Assembly: GCA_964490895.1 (NCBI GenBank)
Contig: CAZBEI010000116.1
Span: 14,639 to 78,638 of the forward strand
Direction: 5' to 3'
Source: an uncultured Bdellovibrio sp.
Lineage (GTDB): Bacteria; Bdellovibrionota; UBA1018
Length of the DNA stretch: 64,000 nucleotides
Both the position numbers and the translations under genes were made by a program. Position 1 is the first letter of the stretch. Each line of letters begins with the position of its first letter. This document shows positions 35,045-46,501 of the stretch, one piece after another. The notes under the pieces are model-generated. The model did not search any database. It saw only the letters and a program-made list of their open reading frames with translations, and was not told the DNA's origin.

Positions 35045-36208
35045 TTACTTTAAATCCGCTAAAAACTGCTGCCAAGGAACACAATGAACCCGCTCGACTT
35101 GCATAGAATGTGGATCGCAACTGAGATAATAGAGTTGTTTTTTTCCAGGCAAGTCATTGGCAAGTGCAGCAAAAGTTCTTACCTCTTTTTCATCAACGTT
35201 AGATTTTGATTTGATTTCAAGAGCAATAGTTTCTTTTCCTCTGGTTAAAATTAAATCAATTTCTGGTCCATTTTTGGTTTGTAGATAGCTCAATCTGTAA
35301 TCTAATTCGCGGTAAGAATTAAGCCTAAAAACTTCGTTTACAACAAAGGTTTCGAATTCGTGGCCGTAACCAAACGTATTGTGAACAAGTTTAGAGTGAA
35401 TCTCTCCGGTTAAAAACCGCTTTACACCTAAATCAAACCAATAAAACTTTGGGGCCATAAGCTGGCTTTTTCTGATGCTTTGATGAAAAGCTGGCAGTCT
35501 CATCCCAAGATATGTTTCTTCCAATATGTCAAAATAATTTTGTACTGTCTTGTTATCGACATTTATTTCAGCAGCAATGTTTTCATAATTCAAACGCTGA
35601 GCATTCATTTGGGCTGCAATATCTAAAAAATTTTTGAATGGAACTAAATTTCGGACTAATTGCTCTACTAAAATTTCTTCTTTCAAATAGGTTTGTGTAT
35701 AGCTGCGCAAAAAAGCTAAACGCTCCCTATCCTCTTTGGCAGTTAGAATAGGTGGAAGGCTTCCCCAATTTAAAACAAAATCTAAATCAAAATGGGGACC
35801 TAATTCATTGTAGGCAAGTGGAAACAAAGAATAGACAAAAGCTCGACCTCCCAATAAATTTGCGTGTCCACGTTTTAATTTTCTCGCAGATGAGCCCGTA
35901 AGGATAAATTTTAATCCGTGTTTTTCAATAAGCCGATGCACAACGTCTAAGAGTCGGGGGGCTTTTTGAACTTCGTCCAGGATAACCCAGTCAGGGCGTT
36001 GGTTGTTTTTGATTTTCTCTAAAAGGTCAAGTTCAAGTGCCTTTGGATTTCTTGAGTAACGATCCTCTTGATCAGGATCTAACAAATCTACCCAAAAGGG
36101 GGCTTTGGATAAAAACTGTGATTGCAGCCAGGTCGACTTTCCTGTGCCTCGAGCACCAAATAGAAAAAAACTTTTAGAAACAAGTGGATTTAAAAGTCTC
36201 TGGAACAT
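35045..36208 (-). CDS. AAA_14-type ATPase with C-terminal DUF4143 / PD-(D/E)xK-like nuclease-fold domain (copy 1)
   Basis: Walker A LFGARGTGKST, Walker B WVILDEVQK. C-terminal GPEIDLIL...TIALEIKSK (D...E.K motif). Sits 60 nt from tRNA-Lys. Confidence 0.6.
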   Translation of the reverse strand: MFQRLLNPLVSKSFFLFGARGTGKSTWLQSQFLSKAPFWVDLLDPDQEDRYSRNPKALELDLLEKIKNNQRPDWVILDEVQKAPRLLDVVHRLIEKHGLKFILTGSSARKLKRGHANLLGGRAFVYSLFPLAYNELGPHFDLDFVLNWGSLPPILTAKEDRERLAFLRSYTQTYLKEEILVEQLVRNLVPFKNFLDIAAQMNAQRLNYENIAAEINVDNKTVQNYFDILEETYLGMRLPAFHQSIRKSQLMAPKFYWFDLGVKRFLTGEIHSKLVHNTFGYGHEFETFVVNEVFRLNSYRELDYRLSYLQTKNGPEIDLILTRGKETIALEIKSKSNVDEKEVRTFAALANDLPGKKQLYYLSCDPHSMQVERVHCVPWQQFLADLK

Positions 36209-36267
36209 ACTCCATAATTGTCTGCCTTTTATGGACAGTAGTCAATATTTATCTGACCCCATAAAAT

Positions 36268-36340
36268 GAGCCATGATGGATTCGAACCATCGACCCTCAC
36301 ATTAAAAGTGTGATGCTCTACCGACTGAGCTAATGGCTCA
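36268..36340 (-). tRNA. tRNA-Lys (anticodon UUU)
   Basis: Reverse complement folds as a cloverleaf: GAGCCAT TA GCTC AGTCGGTA GAGC A TCACA CTTTTAA TGTGA GGGTC GATGG TTCGAAT CCATC ATGGCTC A. It has a 7-bp acceptor stem, a 5-bp anticodon stem, anticodon TTT and a TTCGAAT T-loop. CCA is not encoded. Confidence 0.85.
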
Positions 36341-36399
36341 CAAAAAGGGACGAAGGCAAGGGTTATCAAAGACGGCTCAAAATCGCAATGACGAAAGCA

Positions 36400-38690
<2,291 letters not shown>

Positions 38691-38702
38691 AACATCACTC
38701 TC

Positions 38703-39860
38703 CTAAATAAGGGCTTCTGCAAAAGTTTTCAAAACTGCTCCGACACCCTTCCCAAACTCTACCGGGTATCCTAAATCATGGAGAGTGAGCTCGAGACAAG
38801 AAATTCCGGTCGTAATATCAAATTTATTGCAATACCCAAAATGAGAAAGACGAAATATTTTTCCTTCTAGTTCGTCTTGACCTCCAGCAATTGTCACTCC
38901 GTATTTATCCCGCATGGTTTTAGGAATCAATTTACCATCTTTAATTGACGGGGGGACTTTTACCGCTGTGACAGCAGGCGAAGGAGCTTTTTTAGCAAGC
39001 ATCTCTAACCCGAGAGCTTGAACTGCATTTCGTGTCGCCAACGCTAAAAGCTCATGGCGTTTAAAAGTATTTTGGAGCCCTTCTTCTTTGAGCAAACGCA
39101 AAGACTCTTGCAGACCCTGAATGAGAGAAATAGCCGGCGTCCAGGCCGTTTGATTCTTTGACAAACCTTTTCTCTCTTTATCTAAATCAAAATAAAATTT
39201 TGGAAGGTTAGAAGACTCCCTGACAGCCCAAGCTCTATCGCTTAAGGCAAGAAAAGCTAGCCCAGGAGGAATCATCAAAGCTTTTTGCGAACCTGTGATC
39301 AAAACATCCAACCCCAATGCATCCATCGGTAAATCAAACACCCCACAGGCAGAAATCGCGTCACAGATCGAGAGCATTTGATAGCTTTTTGCAAGTTTAC
39401 AAATCTCAGGTGTGGGCATTTTTACACCCGTAGAAGTTTCGGAGGCTTGAAATAAAATTGCCTTTGCGTCTATATTTTTTTTCAGAATGCCTTCCAACTG
39501 TTCAGGCTCAACTGCCTCTCCTGGATCTAATTTGATCTCAATGGGGTTTAGGCCGTAAGCCTTAGCAATTTTTGTCCACCGCTCCCCAAATTTTCCGCCA
39601 TTGATTGTGATGACTTTATCTCCCTTAGAAAATAAATTAGAGACGCACGCATCCATTGCACCGGTGCCCGTACACGCCAAAATAAGCACGTCTTGCTTGG
39701 TTTGAAAAATGTATTTTAGTCCGACTTTTACTTCTTCGAACAAGGCCTGAAATTGTGGGGTTCGATGGTGCAATATTGGGCGGGCAAAAACAGAGATGAC
39801 AGATTCTGGCAATGGGGTTGGGCCCGGTGTGAGCAAGTAGGTTTTCTTCATGGCAGCCAC
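38703..39860 (-). CDS. Class V aminotransferase (AGXT/phosphoserine aminotransferase-like)
   Basis: LLTPGPTPLPESV N-terminus and the PLP-lysine region ITGSQKALMIPPG typical of class V aminotransferases. Confidence 0.6.
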   Translation of the reverse strand: MAAMKKTYLLTPGPTPLPESVISVFARPILHHRTPQFQALFEEVKVGLKYIFQTKQDVLILACTGTGAMDACVSNLFSKGDKVITINGGKFGERWTKIAKAYGLNPIEIKLDPGEAVEPEQLEGILKKNIDAKAILFQASETSTGVKMPTPEICKLAKSYQMLSICDAISACGVFDLPMDALGLDVLITGSQKALMIPPGLAFLALSDRAWAVRESSNLPKFYFDLDKERKGLSKNQTAWTPAISLIQGLQESLRLLKEEGLQNTFKRHELLALATRNAVQALGLEMLAKKAPSPAVTAVKVPPSIKDGKLIPKTMRDKYGVTIAGGQDELEGKIFRLSHFGYCNKFDITTGISCLELTLHDLGYPVEFGKGVGAVLKTFAEALI

Positions 39861-39953
39861 CTTACCCTAATTTTTTTTCGCTTTAAAGAAATTAATGAAC
39901 TCACAAAAAATGAGTGCCGCGCGCAGCCACGCTATGCAGTGTTCAGTGGCCTA

Positions 39954-40400
39954 TCAGTGCGGTTGCGTCTTCATAGACTTTACCAGCTTATGATTTTGTC
40001 TCTGAACAATGATTTCGTCAAAGATCTTCATCGCCTCTAGTCGAAGGTCGTTTTCGTAAATAAATCGGTAAAAATTTTCCATGTCGGGATGGTGCCTGAA
40101 ATTTTTAAAAGAAGCCGACATCTCCGTGTTTCCGCTGGCTGCGGCAACGGCTGCCGCATTGCCTCCATCACCTTCTGCAGTAGAAAGCTTGGGAGTTTCA
40201 ATATCTTTGTCGTCGTCTTTATGAGAGTCCTGTTCTGGTTGAGCAGCAGCGAACTTTTTCTCTTCATTCTGCGGGGTGGCTTTATGAACAGCCATTTTGC
40301 CACTCGCTTTTTGAACACTTTTTGGAGCTATTTTTTTCGACTTTTCTTCGGACTTGTGTGGGGGTTTAGACTTGCTTGCCATAGGTTCTCCTTTTAACAA
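39954..40400 (-). CDS. Hypothetical protein with Lys-rich low-complexity N-terminus
   Basis: 148-aa ORF downstream of the sigma54 activator gene. Conserved-looking C-terminus FYRFIYENDLRLEAMKIFDEI. Confidence 0.3.
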   Translation of the reverse strand: MLKGEPMASKSKPPHKSEEKSKKIAPKSVQKASGKMAVHKATPQNEEKKFAAAQPEQDSHKDDDKDIETPKLSTAEGDGGNAAAVAAASGNTEMSASFKNFRHHPDMENFYRFIYENDLRLEAMKIFDEIIVQRQNHKLVKSMKTQPH

Positions 40401-40406
40401 AATTAT

Positions 40407-41888
40407 TTAATTTTCTCTAGTGCCTTCTGTGGGAATGGCCATAATCCCATAACTATGAAGTTTATTGTAAAGCGTTTTAATCGTAATATCGAGGTTTCTT
40501 GCCGCTTTTGATTTATTGCCTTTGTAGTGCTCAAGTACACGTAAAATATGGCTTTTCTCGACCTCTCCCAAGGTCATCTCAAGGTCCATTTTCTTACTCG
40601 AGATTTGTCTGAGAGAAGGCACTCTCACCCCCAGAGGGATATCCTTTTCACTCAAAGTATTTCCTTCTGCTAAAACTTTCATCCGTTCTACCGTATTTTC
40701 GAGTTCTCTGATATTTCCAGGCCATTCGTATTGACTAAAAACATCTAACACTCGAGAATCCACTTCGAATTGCTGATTCAAAAAAAAGCGAACTAAATCA
40801 GGAATATCTTCTCGACGTTTTCTTAAGGAAGGCATCTTGAGCGTAATCGTGTTGAGGCGATAAAATAAATCTTCTCTAAACTTTCCTGCTTGGACCTCTT
40901 TTTCAAGATCTCGATTCGTTGCACTCACCACTCTCACATCCACACAAATGGAGTTTTTCCCCCCGACACGATAAAATTCTCCACTTTGTAAAAACCGCAG
41001 GAGTTTCACTTGGATGCCTAGAGACAACTCTCCAATTTCATCCAAAAAAAGTGTGCCTCTTTCGGCAATTTCACAAAGGCCGATTTTTTGCACAATGGCT
41101 CCTGTAAAGGACCCTTTTTCGTGGCCAAAAAGTTCAGACTCTAAAAGAGACTCTTGGAGATTTCCGCAGTTCACCGTGACAAAGGGGTGGTTTTTTCTCG
41201 GACTCTTGAGATGAATTCTCCTAGCCACGAGCTCTTTGCCTGTTCCACTTTCTCCTTGAATTAAAACAATACTCGATGAAAGTGCCACTTTATCCACCAA
41301 AGAAAGCATGCTCAAGAGTGCTTCACTTTTTCCAACAATCTCTACTTCTTTGAGAAGGGGCGGAGGAGGTGGAGGAGGAGCTATGGCTAGAGTGGCTTCG
41401 GGTTCCTGGTTTTTTCCTAATTTTTTTTGAAGTTCCAATACCGAGTTCTTCGTTTGGGTCATTCTCTCTTGGTTTTCAAGAGCAACACCTAAGTGGGCCG
41501 ACAAAGCTTCGAAAACCTCTACTTCGCCACTAGTAAAACCCAGGGGATTTTCTGAAGAAATATTCAAAACTCCCCAAAGTTTTTTATGATTTAGAGTTTG
41601 AATAAAGAGATCCGTTTTTTTGCTAGAAACCACATGTGGATCCCCTTTCAGAAGTTTGCCAAGTTGTAACTCTTGAGCAGAACAGATCACCCCTACTTTA
41701 AACCGAGGTCGTTTGCCATGGAGAGTGAGCCCTGATTGAGCCAGCAACCTAAAAGATAAAGGAGTGTCGAGTTTCCAAATGCGAATCTCATAGCTGGGAA
41801 AGCTCTGGTGGATGGCATTCATGGCTTCTTGAAAAAAATTTTCGGACTCCAAAAGCGATTGAATTTTTAATACGAGTACCTGCGACAT
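40407..41888 (-). CDS. Sigma-54-dependent transcriptional activator (GAF-like sensor + AAA+ sigma54-interaction domain + Fis-type HTH)
   Basis: VLIQGESGTGKELVARRIH Walker A, ESELFGHEKGSFTGA (GAFTGA variant), C-terminal HTH KAARNLDITIKTLYNKL. Poly-Pro linker APPPPPPP. Confidence 0.85.
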   Translation of the reverse strand: MSQVLVLKIQSLLESENFFQEAMNAIHQSFPSYEIRIWKLDTPLSFRLLAQSGLTLHGKRPRFKVGVICSAQELQLGKLLKGDPHVVSSKKTDLFIQTLNHKKLWGVLNISSENPLGFTSGEVEVFEALSAHLGVALENQERMTQTKNSVLELQKKLGKNQEPEATLAIAPPPPPPPLLKEVEIVGKSEALLSMLSLVDKVALSSSIVLIQGESGTGKELVARRIHLKSPRKNHPFVTVNCGNLQESLLESELFGHEKGSFTGAIVQKIGLCEIAERGTLFLDEIGELSLGIQVKLLRFLQSGEFYRVGGKNSICVDVRVVSATNRDLEKEVQAGKFREDLFYRLNTITLKMPSLRKRREDIPDLVRFFLNQQFEVDSRVLDVFSQYEWPGNIRELENTVERMKVLAEGNTLSEKDIPLGVRVPSLRQISSKKMDLEMTLGEVEKSHILRVLEHYKGNKSKAARNLDITIKTLYNKLHSYGIMAIPTEGTREN

Positions 41889-41986
41889 CTAAGCCCTCCA
41901 AGAGCAGCGTGCATCGTATATTTTTTACACACTCTGGTCAAGGAAAATCTTGAGTATTTTTGTCAAAAAATATAAACTATTACTAT

Positions 41987-43939
41987 TTACTCATACCTCA
42001 ACGCATCGATAGGATTGAGAAGTGAGGCCTTTTTAGCTGGATAGATTCCAAAGATAATTCCAATCGACGCTGAAAAAACAAAGGCAAGGCATACTGAACT
42101 CAAAGAAATCGCGGTGGCCCACCCAGTAAAATAAGCTAAAACAGAAGTCGAAACTCCTCCCAAAATAATCCCAATCACTCCTCCCACCACGCTCACAACC
42201 ACGGCTTCGACCAAAAACTGGAATAAAATATCCTTCCTCATCGCCCCGATCGCTTTTCTGAGCCCAATTTCGCGAGTCCTCTCAGTCACCGAAACCAGCA
42301 TGATATTCATGATTCCGATCCCTCCCACCAAAAGAGAAATAGCTGCAATAGAAGCGAGCAATAGGGCCATGGTATGATTGTTCTCAGTAAGCGTAGCCTG
42401 AATATCAGCCATGTTTCGAATTTTAAAAAAATTCTGCCTTTGCGAGTGGGGCACCTTGTGGCGTTTAAACATGAGCTCTAAAATCGAATTTTGCGTATTC
42501 TCCATTTCATCTAAACTCGAAACTTCGATATCGATATAATCCACATAATTTTTTCCGAGCAAGCGGTGCATTGTCGTGAGGACTGGAACCACCACTCTGT
42601 CGTCTTTATCTTCCCAACTACCTCCCTTTTCAGGCAAAATCCCAATTACTAAAAAGTTCACTCGATTGATTTTCACGGTCTCCCCGATGGGATTTTGATC
42701 TCCAAAAAGTTCCCTCACCAAAGTCACACCTAAAACCGCTACGCGCGCACGCTTTTGATTTTCCTCGTCTGTAAAAAATCTCCCGATTTCAGGATAGGAA
42801 GCATGGATTCTTACATACGAAGGGCTTACCCCCAAAAGATCGGTGGCCCAGTTTTTATTGAGATAGGTCACCTGTGCTTTTCCACTGATATAGGGAGCTG
42901 CTTCTTTGATAGTAGGAATCTCTTGCAAAGACAAAACATCTTCTAATGTAAAACGTGCCGAGGCTCCCGAGTCTTTGGTCACTCCGCCTGTCTTAATAGG
43001 TCCCGGCCTTAGAACCAATAAGTTCGATCCCAGAGAAGAAAGTTGCGCCTCCATGGCTTTTTGTGCGCCATTTCCCAAGGCCATCATTGTGACTACTGCC
43101 GCGACACCAATTAAGATCCCAAGCATCGAAAGTCCTGTTCTGACTTTATTTGCGCTTAAAATTTTTAGGCCTTGTAAAAAATGTACCCCTAGCGAAGACC
43201 ATAAACTCGTCTTTATATTGATGTTTTCTTTTTCTACCGAAGGGACAGAATGTCTTTTTGAATTCACTCGGGAAATCACTTCGTCTGAGTGCACCAAACC
43301 ATCTCGCATCCGAATGATCCGCCTGGTTTGCTGGGCCACCTCTTCTTCGTGTGTCACAATGACAATGGTAATTCCTTTGGAGTTCAGTTCTTTTAAAATT
43401 ACTAAGATCTCTTTTTCACTGACAGAATCTAAATTTCCTGTGGGCTCGTCTGCTAAAATAATTTTGGGGAAATTAACGAGAGATCGAGCAATAGCCACCC
43501 GTTGCTGCTGTCCACCGGAGAGTTCGTTGGGACGGTGCTTAAGACGTGCCCCTAAACCCACTTGGGTTAAAAATTTTTTTGATTTTTCAAAATCAAGTTT
43601 ATTTTCAGAGTATAAGAGCGGCAACGCCACATTTTCTACAGCATTCATCCGAGACAATAAATTAAATTGCTGAAAAATAAAACCAATCTCGTTGCGTCTT
43701 AAAATGGCCAATTCGTCTTCGTCTAAGTGCGATACTTTTTTACCTCGAATAAAGTAATCCCCCGCTGTTGGCACATCCAAAAGACCCAAAATATGCATGA
43801 GCGTTGATTTTCCAGAACCAGACGGGCCCATCAGAGAAACAAATTCGCCTGCTTCTATAGACAAAGAAACCCCATTGAGAGCACAGAGGGTTTGATCCCC
43901 CATTTGATAAATTTTTTTGACTTCTTTGAGCTCTATCAT
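41987..43939 (-). CDS. macB: MacB-type ABC transporter (N-terminal ATPase fused to FtsX-like permease)
   Basis: GPSGSGKSTL Walker A, LSGGQQQRVAIARSL signature, ILADEPTGNLD Walker B. C-terminal 4-TM FtsX-like domain. 650 aa. Confidence 0.8.
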   Translation of the reverse strand: MIELKEVKKIYQMGDQTLCALNGVSLSIEAGEFVSLMGPSGSGKSTLMHILGLLDVPTAGDYFIRGKKVSHLDEDELAILRRNEIGFIFQQFNLLSRMNAVENVALPLLYSENKLDFEKSKKFLTQVGLGARLKHRPNELSGGQQQRVAIARSLVNFPKIILADEPTGNLDSVSEKEILVILKELNSKGITIVIVTHEEEVAQQTRRIIRMRDGLVHSDEVISRVNSKRHSVPSVEKENINIKTSLWSSLGVHFLQGLKILSANKVRTGLSMLGILIGVAAVVTMMALGNGAQKAMEAQLSSLGSNLLVLRPGPIKTGGVTKDSGASARFTLEDVLSLQEIPTIKEAAPYISGKAQVTYLNKNWATDLLGVSPSYVRIHASYPEIGRFFTDEENQKRARVAVLGVTLVRELFGDQNPIGETVKINRVNFLVIGILPEKGGSWEDKDDRVVVPVLTTMHRLLGKNYVDYIDIEVSSLDEMENTQNSILELMFKRHKVPHSQRQNFFKIRNMADIQATLTENNHTMALLLASIAAISLLVGGIGIMNIMLVSVTERTREIGLRKAIGAMRKDILFQFLVEAVVVSVVGGVIGIILGGVSTSVLAYFTGWATAISLSSVCLAFVFSASIGIIFGIYPAKKASLLNPIDALRYE

Positions 43940-44896
43940 TTATTTGCTCTGCTTCACTCCTGTGGGCGAAAATGGGTTGGAGCTTTTTTTGTCTTTTTTG
44001 GCCCGACTCAAATAATCTGGAACTAAAACAATGTCTCCCTCGTTTAAGCCAGCAGTAATCTCCACTCTCTTTCCATCCGAGGCTCCAACTTCTACATTTT
44101 TTTCAATCATTTGCTGAGAACCAGAATTAGGTTTTATCGAAACAAAAAACTGATTATTCTTGGCTAAAACTGCTTGGCTCGGAAGCAAAATGACATTTTC
44201 TTTAGCATTCATATAAAAAATCACGTTTGCAGTCATCCCGCTGCGCATAAACTCAGGTGTTTCTTCGGGCAACACATCCACAATATAAGTAGTCACGTTA
44301 TTGACTGTCTTTGCTTCATAGGCAATATGAACTACTTTGCCCGAGAGGGATTCCTTAGGGTATGCATCCAAAATGATTTTTGCTGTTTGACCCAGCCTCA
44401 CTTGAGAGATATCTGTTTCATCCACTTGGGCTTTTACCGCCAGACGATCTGACATGACAAAAACAGCATCCTGAGAAGTAAAAGTCTGACCCGGCTCCAC
44501 ATTTCTAGAAATAATAGTCCCACTGATAGGCGCCAAAATAGGAATAGGGCGATAGAGCGCTTCCCACTCCGCTATTTCTTTTTTCCCGCTGGGTCTGGCC
44601 GCATCGAGCAATGCGGCCCGCTCCAAAGAACTCATCCAAGCAAGGTTTTGACCTTTTTTTACAGTCTCACCTTCTTTAATAAGCACTTTTTCTATCCGCC
44701 CAGAAATGGGGGGCTTGATTTCCAATCTATTTTCTGGTTGCACCACGCCTGTGGATAAAACTGTGACTTCAAATTTTCCTTTTTGAACTTTGATTTCGCG
44801 ATAGACTGGGGCCGGAGTTTTAGATTTTTCAAAAACAATAAACAAACATACTAAAATAATTCCGATCAATAAAGACCCCAATATTTTCTTAATCAT
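43940..44896 (-). CDS. macA: HlyD/MacA-family periplasmic adaptor subunit
   Basis: N-terminal TM anchor, lipoyl-like and beta-barrel adaptor domains. 0-nt gap to macB. Confidence 0.7.
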   Translation of the reverse strand: MIKKILGSLLIGIILVCLFIVFEKSKTPAPVYREIKVQKGKFEVTVLSTGVVQPENRLEIKPPISGRIEKVLIKEGETVKKGQNLAWMSSLERAALLDAARPSGKKEIAEWEALYRPIPILAPISGTIISRNVEPGQTFTSQDAVFVMSDRLAVKAQVDETDISQVRLGQTAKIILDAYPKESLSGKVVHIAYEAKTVNNVTTYIVDVLPEETPEFMRSGMTANVIFYMNAKENVILLPSQAVLAKNNQFFVSIKPNSGSQQMIEKNVEVGASDGKRVEITAGLNEGDIVLVPDYLSRAKKDKKSSNPFSPTGVKQSK

Positions 44897-46115
44897 GAAA
44901 AACCTCTTTGCCCTGAATTTGCTCCCATGCTGCTTCGCTCGCTATGAGATTTTTTTCTCCCTGAAGCACTTCTTTTTGCCGTACAATCCATTCGCTTTCG
45001 ACCTTATCCCAATCTTCGAATGAGAGCAGGCCATTGTGATATTTGCTTTTTGCAATTTTGGATCGAACCTGTGCCGCCTCTAAAAAATTTCGATCCACAT
45101 TTAACTTCTGAAATGCATTGATCAGCTGATCATAACTAGCTCGAAATTTGAGTAAAATCTGCCTTTTGGTAGCCTCCAGATTGTACTGGGTGGCTAAAAG
45201 ACTGGCCTTAGCGCCTTTGACTTGAAAATAATCTTTTCCCCCACTAAAAAGCGGAAGAGTAAAATTTAACCCCAGACTCCAGATATTGTTATCAGGAAAC
45301 CAAGTCGGGCCTTTTTTTTCATAAATAGCAAATAAATTAATTTGGGGATAGTAGGTAGAAAAAGCAAGGCCGACCTCTTCTTGCGCAATCGCCTCTTCCA
45401 CTAAAGCCCGCTCATACTCTGGTGTTTGGAGTGCGGATTTTTGAATGTCGGGAACCCCCTTTTGAAAAGAAGGGGGGAGCTCTCCACGAATTTCTAGGGT
45501 TTGATTTTCCTCGCCTAAAACTCTACTCAGTTCTGCTCTTGCTGTTTCAATGAATCTTTCTTTGTTATTTTTTTCATAAAGAGCCTCCGCCAAATACGCT
45601 TGAGCCAGTAAGACAGAGCCCTTATTTTCACGCCCACTCTCATAGCGAAGTTTTACTAACTTAAAATTTTCCTCGCGCCTGAGTATAATTTCTTTAGACA
45701 GTTGGGAAGATCCCTGAGCATAAATGAGATTTTCAAAAGCAGTCTTAAGATCAAAACTCACCTTTGCCCGTGCGATTCTCAAAAGAATTTCTGCAATTCT
45801 CTCATTGAGCTTTGCCTTTTTTATTTTGGTGAGAGTTTGTAAGCCCAAAAATAAATTCTGTGTAGCAACCAGAGAAACTCCATAGAGAGGAGAGGCGTCT
45901 TCGCGCTTATAGTTGGCTTGTGCTAAAATCTGAGGAAAAAAGTCTCCAAGGGATCCGCTGGATCCAAACTGTGCTTGATTCAAGTTTTCCTGCACACTTT
46001 TAAGCTCAGGATTGTTTGTTAAAGTTTTTAGAACACAATCTTTCCAAGACAGTGGTTCGCCAGCAAACACAAAAGAAGACAATAAAAGTAAGAAGCAAAT
46101 AACGCTACGCACCAC
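44889..46115 (-). CDS. TolC-like outer-membrane efflux channel
   Basis: Signal peptide. Two-repeat outer-membrane factor architecture. Overlaps the macA start by 8 nt. Confidence 0.65.
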   Translation of the reverse strand: MVRSVICFLLLLSSFVFAGEPLSWKDCVLKTLTNNPELKSVQENLNQAQFGSSGSLGDFFPQILAQANYKREDASPLYGVSLVATQNLFLGLQTLTKIKKAKLNERIAEILLRIARAKVSFDLKTAFENLIYAQGSSQLSKEIILRREENFKLVKLRYESGRENKGSVLLAQAYLAEALYEKNNKERFIETARAELSRVLGEENQTLEIRGELPPSFQKGVPDIQKSALQTPEYERALVEEAIAQEEVGLAFSTYYPQINLFAIYEKKGPTWFPDNNIWSLGLNFTLPLFSGGKDYFQVKGAKASLLATQYNLEATKRQILLKFRASYDQLINAFQKLNVDRNFLEAAQVRSKIAKSKYHNGLLSFEDWDKVESEWIVRQKEVLQGEKNLIASEAAWEQIQGKEVFHD

Positions 46116-46251
46116 ATACCATTATAACGACTTGTAACCTTTGGCAAATCGATGTCTAGGAATGTCTTTTTAAAAATAATTTCCCCACCCCTAGACAAAT
46201 GAGATGCGTTGCGTTACGAAGGTCTTGTCTTCAGTGTGGAGGGTAAAAAAT

Positions 46252-46392
46252 ATGACTAAAGCCTTTTTATTATGCTGTACTTTTTTTATTATAATAGGAT
46301 TCATTCCGGGTCCAGGTCCAGGTGGGCCCGCAACCATTGGTTCTCAAGTGGTCCTTATGGGGCCTTCTACCATTGGCAGACCGGCCCAATAA
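46252..46392 (+). CDS. Small (46-aa) peptide with a hydrophobic N-terminus and Gly/Pro-rich tail, hypothetical
   Basis: Strong SD GGAGGG 7 nt upstream of ATG 46252. Product MTKAFLLCCTFFIIIGFIPGPGPGGPATIGSQVVLMGPSTIGRPAQ. Divergent from the tolC-macAB operon. Confidence 0.35.
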   Translation: MTKAFLLCCTFFIIIGFIPGPGPGGPATIGSQVVLMGPSTIGRPAQ

Positions 46393-46420
46393 GTGAGCCT
46401 TGGTGATCTTCTCATCATTG

Positions 46421-46466
46421 TGGCCTATGCCCAGTGGCCCATGCCCAGTGGCCCATGCCCAAATGA
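46421..46466. repeat. Tandem 14-nt repeat (tggcctat/gcccagtggcccat x about 3.3) in a convergent intergenic region
   Basis: Read directly: tggcctatgcccagtggcccatgcccagtggcccatgcccaaatg. Confidence 0.6.
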
Positions 46467-46501
46467 CCGAGGACGAAAGTAAAAAATTCAAGCAGCGCAT
46501 T

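Noticed and set aside
42906-43673. 255-aa plus-strand ORF inside macB, and similar antisense ORFs (5673-6065, 10547-10909, 23061-23453, 34574-35008)
   Set aside because: All lie antisense within strongly supported genes, and their products are low-complexity or Cys/Ser-rich. Treated as spurious.
46204-46392. Longer 62-aa version of the small peptide starting at ATG 46204
   Set aside because: There is no ribosome-binding site before 46204, whereas ATG 46252 has a near-perfect GGAGGG at optimal spacing. The shorter product was preferred.
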